Positions 1 through 13,112 of a DNA stretch of 64,000 nucleotides are shown here, piece by piece; positions within the stretch are counted from its first letter, which is position 1; every line of letters starts with the position of its first letter. Below the pieces are notes generated by a model that was not told the DNA's origin, did not search any database, and saw only the letters and a list, made by a program, of their open reading frames with translations. Position numbers and translations under genes: made by a program. The stretch covers positions 25,544,001 to 25,608,000 of the forward strand of contig NC_043013.1 of NCBI RefSeq assembly GCF_006345805.1. The letters are read 5' to 3'. Source of the stretch: Octopus sinensis (Eukaryota).

Positions 1-1277
1 AGGTAGATGGCCCTGCTCGATCTGTAGAAAAGGCGTAGGTAGAAACTCTATAAGATGCACCAAGTGTAAGCTATGGACACATAAGAGGTGCAGCAATGTC
101 AAAGGAAGGCTAACTAGGAAAATAGTTTTTGTATGTGGCAGATGCTCAGAAGTAATAAACACTGAAAATACACAGAGACCATCTTCCGCCACATTCCAGG
201 GAGAAAAACTAGAAATAGTTGATAGCTTTCGTTACCTAGGTGACCAAGTCAGCAGCGGGGGCGGGTACACTGAAAGTGTAACTGCTAGAGTAAGAATAGC
301 CTGGGCAAAGTTCAGAGAGCTCTTATCTCTGCTGGTGACAAAAGGCCTCTCGCTCAGAACAAAAGGCAGATTGTATGACACATGCGTACGAACAGCTATG
401 CTACATGGCAGTGAAACATGGGCCGTGATAGCTGAGGATATGCGTAAGCTTGCAAGAAATGAAGCCAGTATGCTCCGATGGATGTGTAATGTCAGTGTTC
501 ATACTCGACAGAGTGTAAGTACTTTGAGAGAAAAGTTGGACCTAAGAAGCATCAGTTGTGGTGTGCAAGAGAGACGTTTGCGCTGGTATGGTCATGTGGC
601 GAGAATGGATGAAGATAGTTGTGTGAAAAAGTGCCACACCCTAGTGGTTGAGGGAACCTGTGGAAGAGGTAGACCCAGGAAAACCTGGGACGAGGTGGTA
701 AAGCACGACCTTCAAACTTTAGGTCTCACCGAGGAAATGACTAGGGACCGAGACCTATGGAAGTATGCTGTGCATGAGAAGACCCGTCAGGACAAGTGAG
801 GCCATAATCCCGTGGCCTACACCTGGGATGTAGCCAGCCCACTTATGCATTCCCTTCCTTCTTGGGACACAAAACTCCACTTGTTAAGACCCGTTGAGGC
901 AAGTGAAAATCAAAATCATAATCTATCAACATCAATGGAATTTGTAGCTGTGATATCAGTGCCGGTGGCACGTAAAAGCACCATCTGACCGTGGCTGTTG
1001 CCAGCTTCGTCTGATCCCCGTGCCGGTGGCACATAAAAAGCACCATCTGATTGTGGCCATTTGCCAGCCTCGTCTGGCATCTGTGCCGGTGGCACGTAAA
1101 AAGCACCCACTTCACTCACGGAGTAGTTGGCGTTAGGAAGGGCATCTAGCTGTAGAAACACTGCCAGATCAGACTGGGCCTGGTGCAGCCTTCTGGCTTC
1201 CCAGACCCCAGTTGAACCGTCCAACCCATGCCAGCATGGAAAGTGGACGTTAAACGATGATGATGATGATGATGATG
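1..1277 (+). mobile_element. RTE-clade LINE, 3' portion (PHD-like finger, RT thumb, C-terminus, repeat-containing 3' UTR, (GAT)n tail)
   Basis: ORF 335..799 has LYDTCVRTAMLHGSETW, RRLRWYGHV and GRGRPRKTW (RTE C-terminal motifs); ends in GTTAAAC(GAT)n; highly similar to the copies at 22097 and 32768. Confidence 0.92.
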
Positions 1278-1820
1278 AATCCCCAACCACTTTTGCATCA
1301 TGGACTGTTTTCATGTCAGACAATTCCATGTGCATAACAAAAATTTAATAAATTATTTATCATATAATACATTTTATAATACATATATATTATATATATA
1401 TTACATATATCATAGCATCATAATATCAACCAGACCATCAGATGCTGTAATACACCACTGGTCACAAAGCGCTTCCAATTCTGTCTTGATTGCATCATTC
1501 TTTTCTATCTTGACCCAAACTGATTGACTGAATCATCTTCCCATCATAGGGGCCTTCTAAGTGCCCTTTTTCCAATCTCTTGGTTACCAATTGGCAACTG
1601 CATGGGTCCACCAGTTGCCTGTGAACCTTGCAGCATGCCTGGCCCAGTGGAACCCTTACTTTTGGTATTCTGTGATTACATTATTCATTCCACTCCATTC
1701 TCAATTATCTCATTTTGAATACAATCTCTTAATGATGATCCTAGCATGGATCTTTCTGTGGCCCTTTGCATCATAGCTAATCAATGTTCTGTCCTTCTCA
1801 AAGAGGATATACTATATATA

Positions 1821-3047
1821 CAGGGTGCATAAGATATTTGAGGACAGACTTATGTTTATAAAAAAAACCCAGATATATATAATAACAGATAACTTTATTT
1901 ATCAAAAAATGCTATAAGGATAAAAATAAACTTTCTTTTCTATAAATCTATTCAACAAAGCCACTTTCAGCTTCAACGACTGCTTTTATATGAGATCTAA
2001 ATCATCTACATGCTCAAATCAATTGGTCCTGGTTCATTTTGGACATTACTCTGACCATGGCAGCTTTCATAAAATTTTTGGTGTTATGGGCATGTTCATT
2101 GACCTCTCTCTCAACAACACTCCACATGTAATAGTCCAATGGATTGAAATCTGGGGAATTAGGAGGCAAATATTAAGGGCTATGTGATCATGAAAATTTT
2201 CAGCCAACCATTCCTGTGCAGAGTCTTACTGAAACACATATAGCCTTCCATTGCATACACTGTCTATCCAGGGCTTAATTATTTCCAGGACCTCAATGCA
2301 GGTGGCAGAGTTAACTCTAAGACCTTGTGATAAGAAGTAAGGAGGTGTTACATGTCCTTCATTGCTGACAACCCCTAAAATCATGACAGTTGCAGGAAAT
2401 TTTGTATGCATAAGACTTGGAACTTCAGAAGGGTCTGCACATAACCATCTATCATTTATTCTGTTAACTTTTTGATCTTGGTTGAAGTTTTTCTTGTTTG
2501 AGAAAAACCAAATCAAATATTCTTCTGCTGGATTTTTCAGTTTGTTTAAGAACCTTTTAGATCTGATGTAGTGATTCTTTTTTGCTTTTTCTGACAAATT
2601 GACCTTTCTTCCTCATATAAGATGTCTTCGTGGACAACATTTCTGACTGTTCTTTCTGACACATGGAGATCTTTTGCAATTGACCTCATGGACTTTCTGG
2701 GATTGTAATCAATGGCATGTTGAACTTGTTGGATAAATTTAGGTGTTCTGATGATTTCAGAGCGTTTAGAATGCTTTTTATGCTTTGATAATGGTGATAC
2801 ATTTCCATCTTCAGTCTCTGGCACCTTACAAACTTTGTAGATGAAAGATCTGGCAACTTTTAAAAATTGAGATATTTCTAAATTGCTATGCTCAGCCTTT
2901 ATAATCACAACAACAGCATGCCTTTTCATTTTTTGAGCAAGCTGAGGGTCTGTCATTATTATTTTCTGAAACAAAGATTATACAGAGTTAATAAAAAATG
3001 CAGTAATGACCCAAAAAGGTATGTCCTCAAATACCTTATACACGCTG
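1821..3047 (-). mobile_element. Tc1/mariner-superfamily DNA transposon (maT/DD37D-like), decayed
   Basis: TIRs CAGGGTGCATAAGATATTTGAGGACA and TGTCCTCAAATACCTTATACACGCTG flanked by TA; fragments WFFSNKKNFNQDQKVNRINDRWL and YVFQ. Confidence 0.9.
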
Positions 3048-3289
3048 TATGTTATACATATATAACACATATATATCACATGTATGATACATATATTTTA
3101 TTACAAAAATAATGCACACACACACATATATGTATGTATGTACGTATGTATATTATTGTTCAGTTTTATTTCAAGATTTCTTGCCAATAGAGAAAGAGCT
3201 GGTTTCTAACCTAAATTCAAGGCTCCTTCATAGGAATTTCAACATCAACAACAGGGTATTTTTATTTGTATGTATGTATATGTGCAGAT

Positions 3290-4322
3290 TTGTATGCTTT
3301 GCTTTATGTATGTATTCTCATGCATATAGTTGCATATCTAGACTTGCTCATATATATTTAAATGATAAACTTCTGGAAAGTTTTACAGATTTTACAGTTC
3401 CAGTGATGGATTGGATCTGTAGTCTTTGAATTAGATTTCTCCTTTCTGGTTTTGAGAAGTCTAATTTCTCAAGATTGGTATTTAGGCAGTGTGTTACATA
3501 TCCCAGGACACCAATAATTACAGGTATAAACCTGAACTTGGAATTTGGATAAAGTAACTGCAGATTTCTCAATAGTTCAGCATAGGTGTTCTCTTTTTCA
3601 CTGATCTTCAGCTTTATGTTACCATCTGCTGGACAGCTAATTTCCACACCTGTGCACAGTTTCTCTTCTCTATCTCAAACCATTATATCAGGTCTGTTGT
3701 GCTTACATTTTATTGAGGTCTTCACTGGTACATTCCACCAGTATTCCTTTTTATTATGAGTGGCTATGGCTTCTTCCATACTGTGGGTTTATATTTCTTT
3801 GTCCTTGGGATTATCCTTCTAACGGATTTCATTATAGAGTGTCCTAGCTTCAACTTCATATCTCATTGGTAGATAATACCGTGATGACATTTTCAGATGC
3901 TGTTTTTAGTGTGGGTGATATCTTCAGAGTGAACTCCACAAAGTCAACATCAGTTGTCACATTTTTACGGCTTTTCCCGCATCTCTATCCCTTTTGTGCA
4001 TCAGGTACTCAGTTGATATTTCCTGTTCCTGGATTGCAAACACATACTCTTCAAAGTGGGAGGTAGTAATCCTGCTACTGGCCCAAGATAAACTGCTTTG
4101 ATGACTGATGTTACTATCATCATGGAGCTTTCTACTAACAGATCCATGCATAGTCTTCTGCTTATATAAGTCCATCTTTTCATCTGATGATATGTTGTGG
4201 TAGAGTTGTGCAGCTTCTATGGGCGTGTATTCTAGGTTATTGAACAAGGAGTGTTGCTCAAGGAGCTGCCTTCCAAGTCTTATGATGTTATCAGTCTCAT
4301 GTATGCAAACTTGGTCAAGGGA
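3290..4322 (-). mobile_element. RLE-type non-LTR retrotransposon 3' fragment (R4/Dong/NeSL-like)
   Basis: Translates HNRPDIMV, EISCPAD, EKENTY..L and IPVIIGVLG (PD-(D/E)xK endonuclease); AIQEQEIST upstream; flanked by (TGTA)n. Confidence 0.75.
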
Positions 4323-4343
4323 TGTTTGTATGTATATAAGTAT

Positions 4344-5046
4344 GTATCGAGATTGAGAGAATCAACCAATCTAAATTAGGGATAGGAATAAACGTAACAG
4401 TACAGGGTTTAGTAAATTGATTTGCGATCTAAAAGACCACAATAAACAGTTTAATTTAGATTGGTTGATTCTCTCAATCTTGATACCTTATGACAAAGGC
4501 AAGGAATTCTGTCTTCTCTGTAATTCTGAACTATTTTTTATTCTTTTTTTCTAAAAATCCCCTAGTAAACACAGTTATAGAGTGTGCATACCGTTGTAAA
4601 CATTGGCAAAAACACACCTTTAGTTCATATAAGTGATATCTATCAATATATATCATTTAAACATTAAATTTCTTACATTTCAAATTCACTAGATATATCT
4701 TTTTCCAAGTCTATATAGTTTTATTTAATATACATATAGTTATATACTTCTCATTTATTTAGTTTTTCTTTACTTTATCCCTCCTCTTTCTATAGGCTAC
4801 CTCTGACATTATATCCTATAACGTTTTTTTGAAACAATATTAATAGCATTCAGTTAATCACTACACATATCCATCATTTTCTGTTAAAATGTCTTATTGA
4901 CAAGTTTCATTTCTTCACTTCCCTGAAGAGAAGATTACATTGTTTTACACCATTTTATTCCTTAGGAATAATATCAGTGATATCTTCGAAACATGTGTCA
5001 GAAGTAAAAGAATTTGAATAACACCTGCGATAAACTCCATTTATTT
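4344..5046 (+). mobile_element. Penelope-like element 3' remnant: GIY-YIG C-terminus plus pLTR, with a short 5' inverted segment
   Basis: Translates NSTGFSKLICDLKDHNKQFNLDWLIL...PYDKGKEFCLLCNSE; 35-bp inverted repeat 4344-4378/4452-4486; HHR in the 3' part; ends in (TA)n. Confidence 0.8.
4914..5008 (+). ncRNA. Type I hammerhead ribozyme in PLE pLTR (slightly decayed stem I)
   Basis: ACTTCC-CTGAAGA(4923)-GAAGAT..long loop..ATCTTC-GAAA(4988)-CATGT-GTC(4997-4999)-AGAAGT; C.A mismatch next to the core. Confidence 0.75.
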
Positions 5047-5789
5047 ATATATGTATATATATATATATATCCAGCTGTAAAAACTCTGCCAGATCAAGAC
5101 TGGAGCCTGGTGCAGCCATCTGGTTGCCAGCCCTCAGTCAAAACCGTCCAACCCATGCTAGCATGGAAAACGGACGTTAAACGATGATGATGATGATGAT
5201 ATATATGTGTGTGTGTGTGTGTGTGCGTATGTGTGTGTGTGTGTGTATGTGTGTGTAAGTGTTTGTGTGTTTTTGCTAATGCTTGGTAAAATAGATTAAT
5301 CCCCCAAATTTAAAATATTCCAAAGGCCATTGTTGTGGCTGCTTTTGTTGCTGATGTTATTGCTGTCGTTTTTGTTACTTAACACAGGTTGGACAAGGAA
5401 AAGCAGTCATATGCCCAAGACTATCCCTAGTCACTGTGACTATCCCTAATTTTGTTTTCCTGCGGAAATTGTTGAAAGAACCTATTCATCAAAGGATGTT
5501 AACATTTTAGCTGTATAGTGTCAATGTCATGATAATACAATCAAACACTTTCCAATTGTGTATTTAAAAATTTATATTCACCTTAGACTAGAGTGGGATA
5601 TAGAGAAACAGATGTACACACCTTTTGGTGTATAAAAGAGGTGAAGTTAAAAATTTGATTGGACAGGAGAAAGAAATAATATGAATGTGGTTTTATAAGT
5701 TTCTACAAAAGGAAGATGAAGAAAAGAAAATAAAAGTGGAAAAAAAGAGTACAGGAAAAAGAGTAAAAAGAGAAGAAAGAGAAAAATAC

Positions 5790-6853
5790 GTCAATGCAGC
5801 ATAAAGTGCTTCAATTGGTTGCACACCACAAAGTTCAACGGAATCTACTGAAGCGAGTCAACATGCTTGTGGCATTACGATGGATGATGGCAAGACTAAG
5901 GCATTGGAAAAGCCAAGCACCCTCACGGGTATCACCTGACACATTTGTGAGGCGAACTGCCTACAATGACAGGAACTTCAGTTAGTAGCCCAGTCACTCC
6001 AAATGTCTCAAATGCCACAGGCTAGAAGAGAGAGTTCGTTGCCAAATCCCGATACTTCAGAGTTCTGTTCCATTTGGCTATGGATGCAGTGACCCTCACA
6101 TTTACCGCCGAGTCACAGACTGTGGTGTCCCAGACGAGGCACCTACTTCTAACACAAGGACAGAAGGTAAGACCATCTGGTCTCTTTCCATCACTTCTGG
6201 ATAATCCTGCTGGCTCCAGAACTGAGGGGATATTAATCTGAGCCATGGCCTGCTTAATAATTAAGGTTATGTCAGTGTGATGACCATAAAGATCTGTGGG
6301 ATCAAGGGATCTAACACAGTAACATCTCAGTCCCCTATAGACTTCAGCTCCCACTCTGAGTGCAATGGAGATACAGAGCTCATGTAGACTGAGTTGCCCT
6401 GTAATGTTTACCATAGGCAGGGAATCAATCCAGTCCCCCGAGAATTTTGCACTTGCTGAAAGTAGACGACATCTTGAAAATTGATCAAATTGATTAAGGA
6501 GAGAGTTGAAAGTGGGACCTGAATGCAGATTGTCCCATGCTCTCTGCTTCTGTCTGTCCTCAATTGACAAACCCAGCTCTCTCCACAGTAGAGCAGAGAG
6601 GATGTTGTCCACCAAAGGAGAGCAAGCATGGATGGAGGAAAGAAAACAAACAGGGAAGAGATAGAGACATGCACTTACGCAGACTTTGACCCCCAAACCA
6701 TTTGAGCAAGGTCGCAGGACTCCTGGGGGAGAGTTTGACATTGACCAAGCATTCAAGTTTCCTGAAGATTAGGTCATGAAAGCATTGGAGAGATGACAGG
6801 AATCTATAAGAGGGACTAACTCTCAGAAAATACAATAGCTTAGGAATTGACAA
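5790..6853 (-). mobile_element. CRE-like RLE non-LTR retrotransposon 3' fragment
   Basis: ORF 6022..6756 has SGDWIDSLP and PSVLEPAGLSRSDGKRPDGLT....LVWDTTVCD; upstream PKLLYFLRVSP. Confidence 0.75.
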
Positions 6854-7040
6854 TTCCTAAGTATAAAAAAAACCTTGTGGTGTGGGACTCAATTACCACA
6901 AGGTTTTTTAAAAGCTGTTCCGTAATAATTTTAGCAAAATTTCTATGTATGTGTATATGTGTGAACATGTGTCTATTTATATATACATGTCAGTGTGAAT
7001 ATACATGTAAATCTATCTGTGCACCTTTTATGCTTTATCT

Positions 7041-7517
7041 TTAACCTTTTTGATATCAACCTGGCTGAGACCACTTCTGGCTTTGTAGGACAAATATCTT
7101 ATTTTCCTAAGTTTTGAATTAAAATCTTCCACCAAACCTTAATCACAATTTATGTTCCTAACACTAGCTTAATAACTAAATTATTTTACTAAATTCTTTG
7201 TTATATTTAAAGTAATTGAAAGAAACACAGAGCATCTCAACAGAAATATGGTAACAAAGGGGTTAAAATATATAATAGAGAAACAATTCTTAGCTCTTTT
7301 GATACAACCTGGCTGAAACCACTTCTGGCTCTATAGTACAAATGTCTTGTTTTCAAAAGTTTTGAATCAAAATCTTCCACCAAACCTTAGTCACAATTTA
7401 CATTTCTAACACTAGCTGAATGATAACTAAGTTATTTTACTAAATTTTTTGTTATATTTAAAATAATTGAAAGAAACACAGAGAATCTCAACCGAAATAT
7501 GGCTACAAAAGGGTTAA
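7041..7517. mobile_element. Two tandem copies of a ~225-bp TTAA-flanked piggyBac-like MITE
   Basis: TTAACC(T)TTT...AAAGGGTTAA ends; units 7041-7266 and 7290-7517; the same family hosts the insertion at 46128. Confidence 0.65.
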
Positions 7518-7869
7518 CTTGTTCCTGTCATTGCACTGTGGCAATTCTGGAGCAGTGTCTTGAAGGGTTTAGTTGAACAAATCTATCCCAGTAATAAATT
7601 ATAAGTCTCTTTGGCTAAACCCTTAAGACACGTACAGAAATAGCTAAATAAATTGATACATGCATATCTACACACACACACACACATGATGGGCTTCTTT
7701 CAGTTTCTGTTTAATGAATCTATTCAAAAGGCTTTGGTGGGTAGGAAGCTATAGTAGAAGACACTTGACCAAGTTGCCATGTAATGGGACTGAACCCAGG
7801 ACCATGAGGCTGGGAAGCGATCTTCTTAACTATACAATCACACCTGTACTTCACAGCTGTGCCTACATC

Positions 7870-7926
<57 letters not shown>

Positions 7927-8639
7927 TGTGTATCGACCTTGTTAGCCCAAATGGCCAAGTGTGTTTTAACTGACCTCAATGCATAACACATTATAATTAG
8001 CATTTATCAAATAATATTTTACTAAAACAACACATGTGGAAATCTTGTACAGGACTTCTTTATTTTCCCTTTACAGACAAGTTTTAAAACCACACACACA
8101 CACGTGCTGTTACACAGCTGTTGTTGGATATTAATATAGTGAAATGCTCAGCAATTAGCAGCTGATACTAATGCACAGAAATAATTGTAGTGATTTACAT
8201 TAAATCCTGTTTGTTCCATCTTCTTGTATTATAGATTTTTTGGAATGAATTTTGTAGATATTAAAGATTTCCATATGTGTATCATGTAAAAGGAGAATTC
8301 CTGCTTTATAATGACTTATGGTAGCCAACACCTGTTGAGGAGATTTGCAAAGCACACTGTAAGGTTATTATCCAGATGATGTTATATATATATAGCCATG
8401 AGCTTTTACATATATATTACATATATTACAAATGAGTTATGATCTTCCAATTGACTCCATGAATACAGAGGAAACCCTGGAGTAGCATGAGATATACGGG
8501 AGCAAAATAAAACTGTACTTTCTACCAGGGTATTGAGTACTCCTGTTCTGACACTCAAGACTACATGAATATATGTAATATGTGTATACCTACATATAGC
8601 CACAGTGACAACAGCCAAAGCAATGTCACTGGGCCCACG

Positions 8640-9354
8640 ATGGTAGCGCCAGCAACACTGGTGGCAACAACAACCTCTCCAGGCCCAAAGCCAACTGAAG
8701 ATGTGCCAATAATGTGATCACAACTAACATCCAAGCCTGAAAATACATTGGGTCAGCCAAGCTAGCCTTCAAGCAATGCCTGCACAACCACAGGTCCTCT
8801 TTCAGGATTCAGGAAAGACAATTCATCACATTCTTAGCTAGCCATGTGTGGAGCCTCAGACATGAAGGGGCCCCATACAATATCAAGTGGAAGATCTTAG
8901 AGAGGTCAGGATCCTACATTAACAGGAGTGAACACTGCAAGCAAGGATACTCAAAGAATCCCCGAAACCTGGATAACTGAACACTCACCAGGAAATTTAC
9001 AGTCCTTGCATCCATTTCAAGTGCTACCTGCTGCAAGAATGGGATTCTCTATCCACTGATTAAACCCAGAAGGGTCCTTACAATCCATAAGCCGCCCAAG
9101 GGATAAATCCCTTGTTCCCGCCTTTTCTGACCCACAGAAAACTCGTCTAAGGGAGTTAACCCATCCTAACTGAACCCCAGATTATTTATTCTTTGGTGAC
9201 AACTGACCAAATGACTGTATTGAATTTCTGCCTCCCAGAGGTGAAGAATTAGATTTATCTGTAGCTTTAGAGCCTGAAGAGACGTCCATGAGGCTAAGGC
9301 CTTTGTGGATGCAAAAGCATTGGTTAATCTATGACTGTACATAAGCTTAATTAC

Positions 9355-9360
<6 letters not shown>
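8640..9360 (+). mobile_element. Penelope-like GIY-YIG remnant with decayed HHR (9271-9330)
   Basis: KYIGSAKLAFKQCLHNHRSSFR...LASHVWSLRHEGAPYNIKWKILER; downstream CTGAAGA plus a long hairpin, with GAAA mutated; ends in (TA)n. Confidence 0.75.
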
Positions 9361-9387
<27 letters not shown>

Positions 9388-9390
<3 letters not shown>

Positions 9391-9677
9391 CAAAAACGGT
9401 AAGATAACAACAGAAAGAAAGAGACCTCAATATTATGTAAATAGAGGAAATTTATCTATAAAATAATATGTTACATTTACTCAATAGTCAAGATAAAACT
9501 CTGAGTTTCAGATGCCGAAGTGGAAATCCACAACACCATCTCTTCGGTTATCTGGCCATCTGAAAAATACTATGAAAAATACAGTGGCCAGATAACCGAA
9601 GAGATGGTGTTTTGGATTTCCACTTCGGCATCTGAAACTCAGAGTTTTATCTTGACTATTGAGTAAATGTAACATAT

Positions 9678-9735
<58 letters not shown>

Positions 9736-9882
9736 GTGTAAATAATTAAGATTCAGTTGAATAGGTATTTTTTCATAGCGTTTTTCAGATGGCCAGATAA
9801 CCGAAGAGATGGTGTTGTGGATTTCCACTTTGGCATCAGAAACACAGAGTTTTATCTTGACTATTGAGTAAATGCAACATAT

Positions 9883-9890
<8 letters not shown>
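9388..9890. mobile_element. Non-coding PLE-like pLTR cluster: 96-bp inverted repeat plus a third direct copy, embedded in (TA)n
   Basis: Arms 9463-9558 and 9585-9680 are nearly perfect reverse complements; third copy ~9765-9890; each copy carries an HHR-like motif. Confidence 0.7.
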
Positions 9891-9918
<28 letters not shown>

Positions 9919-11244
9919 GTGTAAATAAATTAAGATTCAGTTGAATAAGGTACTTAAGTTGAAGCACCAAGCCAGTCTGGTTTTATCCACAGTAAGATGA
10001 ATGAAAAGCAAATTAGTAACAAGATGTAAAGGTGGTAAAGATTGTTTGCCAACATAACACGGCAGTCCTGGTTTAGGACAAATGTTGCTATAATTTAGCC
10101 CCAGCTGGCTATATGACACGATCTGTGTCCTTATATTTTTGCAGAAGGGAATCTAGCACCTCCCTCCACTCAGCTCTTGTTTCAAAGTGAGAGGAGAAAG
10201 TGAAAGATGTATGAATGTGTATATAAATGGACATGTGTGTGTATGTTCTACCTTATAATAATAATAATGAAATTATTGTATACAGTGCTCAGGTATGTGA
10301 GAGAGAGAGAGAGACAGAGAGATGAAGTGTGCCACTTGCACATACATAAGAACATACACATTCACTCACTCACACATTCTCTGTTTCCCTCTCTCTCTCA
10401 TACACACACACACATGCACACGTACATACAAAAAAGATGTACACATATGTATTGATGTATGTACATATACATGACAACACACCTCTTCACTCACTTTCTC
10501 TCTCTTTTCTCTCTCTCCCTCTTTCACAAACACAGGTCCATTTCATATATATGTACATGCATCTTTCACTTTCTCTTCTCTTTCACTTTAAAACAAAACT
10601 AAAAAGACAAAATTTTTTTACAGAAATTAACAAAATCTACATGATGAAATCATATTCTGTTAAATATATTTCTAAATGATTAAAATATTGTGTATGTCAA
10701 AATGTCAACGTTTTTTTTCCTTAGAGAGCACGAAGACAATGTGTGTGTATATGTCACAGATGGTGAATGTGTGTTTGTGTTGATTGACATGCCATGACAT
10801 TCATTATATGTGTGTATGTGTGTATGTATGTTGACATAAACTTGGCGGACATGCATCTCATACCCAAATCTTCAGTGAAAATGGAGTGAACTAAACTAAT
10901 TAATCTGCACATCCTCTGATAACTCATGGATGGTGATTCAATGATTTCTCCTTATGGAGCCTGGTGCAGCCAGACCTCAGTCAAATCGTCCACCCATGCT
11001 AGCATGGAAAGTGGATGTTAAACGATGATGATTATGATGAGGTGCACACACATCTGCAATGTTGTTCTTAGTTCTGCTTGTTGCAGGTCTCCAATGACAT
11101 TCGCCAATAGCGACATTTTTTCAGCCATCTTAGAAATGTTTGAACCATTCATTCGCTTGTATGCATCTCATACACTCCTCTCCATACACTTTCTGCAATG
11201 TTGACACAATTGAGGAGCCAGCTACCCGAAATGACAGTACCCTG

Positions 11245-11950
11245 TAGATAAGGCAATTAAGGATATGAAGACAAGGAATGACCCCCGGCTCATGAGGAAT
11301 CACTGCTGAGATGTTTAAAATATCTGATGGTGTGGGTTATGGTCTAGTCACTCATATTGTAAATCAGGTAGTTCACGAAGGAGTCACACCCAATGACTGG
11401 TGTAGCAGTACCATAGTCAACTGCTACAAAGGTAAAGGAGATGCTGGATAGAAGTGGAGGTTCACTAAGGATTAGTCCTCAGCTCCCTCTTATTCATCAT
11501 ACTCCTCCAGGCAATAACAGAGGACTTCAAGACAGGTTGCCCCTGAGAGCTCCTCTATGCTAATGACCTTGCTCTAATAGCTGAGTACTACCAGATCTAG
11601 AGATGAAGTTTCAAGTGTGGAAGCAAGGTCTAGAATTGAAGGGTCTTAGAGTCAATGTAGCAAAAACCAAAATCCTAGTAAATAGGAAGGCAGACAAATC
11701 ACAAACCCCTTCAGGTAGATGGCCCTGCTCAATCTGTAGAAAAGGTGTAGGTAGAAACTCCATAAGATGTACCCGGTGTGAGCTATGGACACATAAGAAG
11801 TGCAGCAATATAAAAGGTTAACAGGGAAGATAGTTTTTGCAGATGCACAGGGCAATAAACACTGAATAATGATGATAATGATGATATATATATGTGTGTG
11901 CGTGCACGCACACATACTCACACACACATACTCACACACACACACACACA

Positions 11951-12007
<57 letters not shown>

Positions 12008-12455
12008 GTGCAAAGCTCAAGTTGTGGAGGGAACATGTGGAAAGAGTAGACTCAGGAAGAGTGGGATGAAGTGGTGAAAAAATTCTTCAGATGTTGGGCC
12101 TCACAGAGGAGACAACAAAACTTCTGGTGCTTTGCTGTACTTAATTTACTTGTCAAGATAAGTAAATACATGGCCATCCTTACATATAGGCATGTCTCCT
12201 GCATTCCTCTTTGGCTGAGTGTTCCTAATCTTGCAGGCTCATGGGTGCCTGTGCCATGTAAAACACCTGTGCTGGTGCCACAGAGAAGCATCCAGTGCAC
12301 TCTGTAAAGGGGTTGGCATTAGGGAGGGCATCCAGCTGTGGAAACCATGCCAAAACAAACATGGAACCTGGGTAGCTTTCCAGTTGGCCAGCTCCTGTCT
12401 AACTGTCCAACCCATGCCAGCATGAACAAAGGACATTAAATGAAGCTGATGATGA
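11245..12455 (+). mobile_element. Degraded, internally deleted copy of the same RTE family, interrupted by (CA)n
   Basis: ORF 11603..11821 WPCSICRKGVGRNSIRCTRCELWTHKKCS; LLYAND at 11550-11567; diverged tail near 12300-12455. Confidence 0.85.
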
Positions 12456-13069
12456 TATATATGTATAAATATGTGTGTATATGTGTGTGTATGCATACAT
12501 ACACATATACATGTATATATATATGTGTATAAATATATATATATTTCTTTTATTTGTTTCAGTCATTTGACTGTGGCCATGCTGGAGTACCACCTTTAGT
12601 TGAAGAAATCGACCCCAGGACTTATTGTTTCTAAGTCTAGTAGTTATTCTATCGGTCTCTTTTGCCGAACCGCTAAGTTACGGAGACATAATCACACCAA
12701 CATCGGTTGTTGAGTGATGGTGGGGGATAAACCCAGACACACAAACATACACACACACACACATATATATATATACGACGGGCTTCTTTCAGTTTCCATC
12801 TACCAAATCCACTCACAAGGTTTTGGTTGGTCTGAGGCTATAGTAGATGACACTTGCCCAAGGTACCATGCAACAGGACTGAACCTGGAACCATGTCGTT
12901 GGTAAGCAAGCTACTTACCACACAGCCACTCTTGCACTTATATATACACACATACATATACATGCATGTGTATGGTGTGTATATATGAATATCTATGCAT
13001 ATATGTATCTGTGTGGGTTTGTGCATATGTGTGTGTGTATACGCATGCATATGTTTTGTGTGTGTGTGT

Positions 13070-13112
<43 letters not shown>

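Noticed and set aside
880-930. CYGTTGAG..GAAA in the RTE 3' UTR as a hammerhead core
   Set aside because: A6 is missing, there is no credible stem II, and stems I/III are not conserved among the copies at 22420, 31220, 33170, 37365 and 40620.
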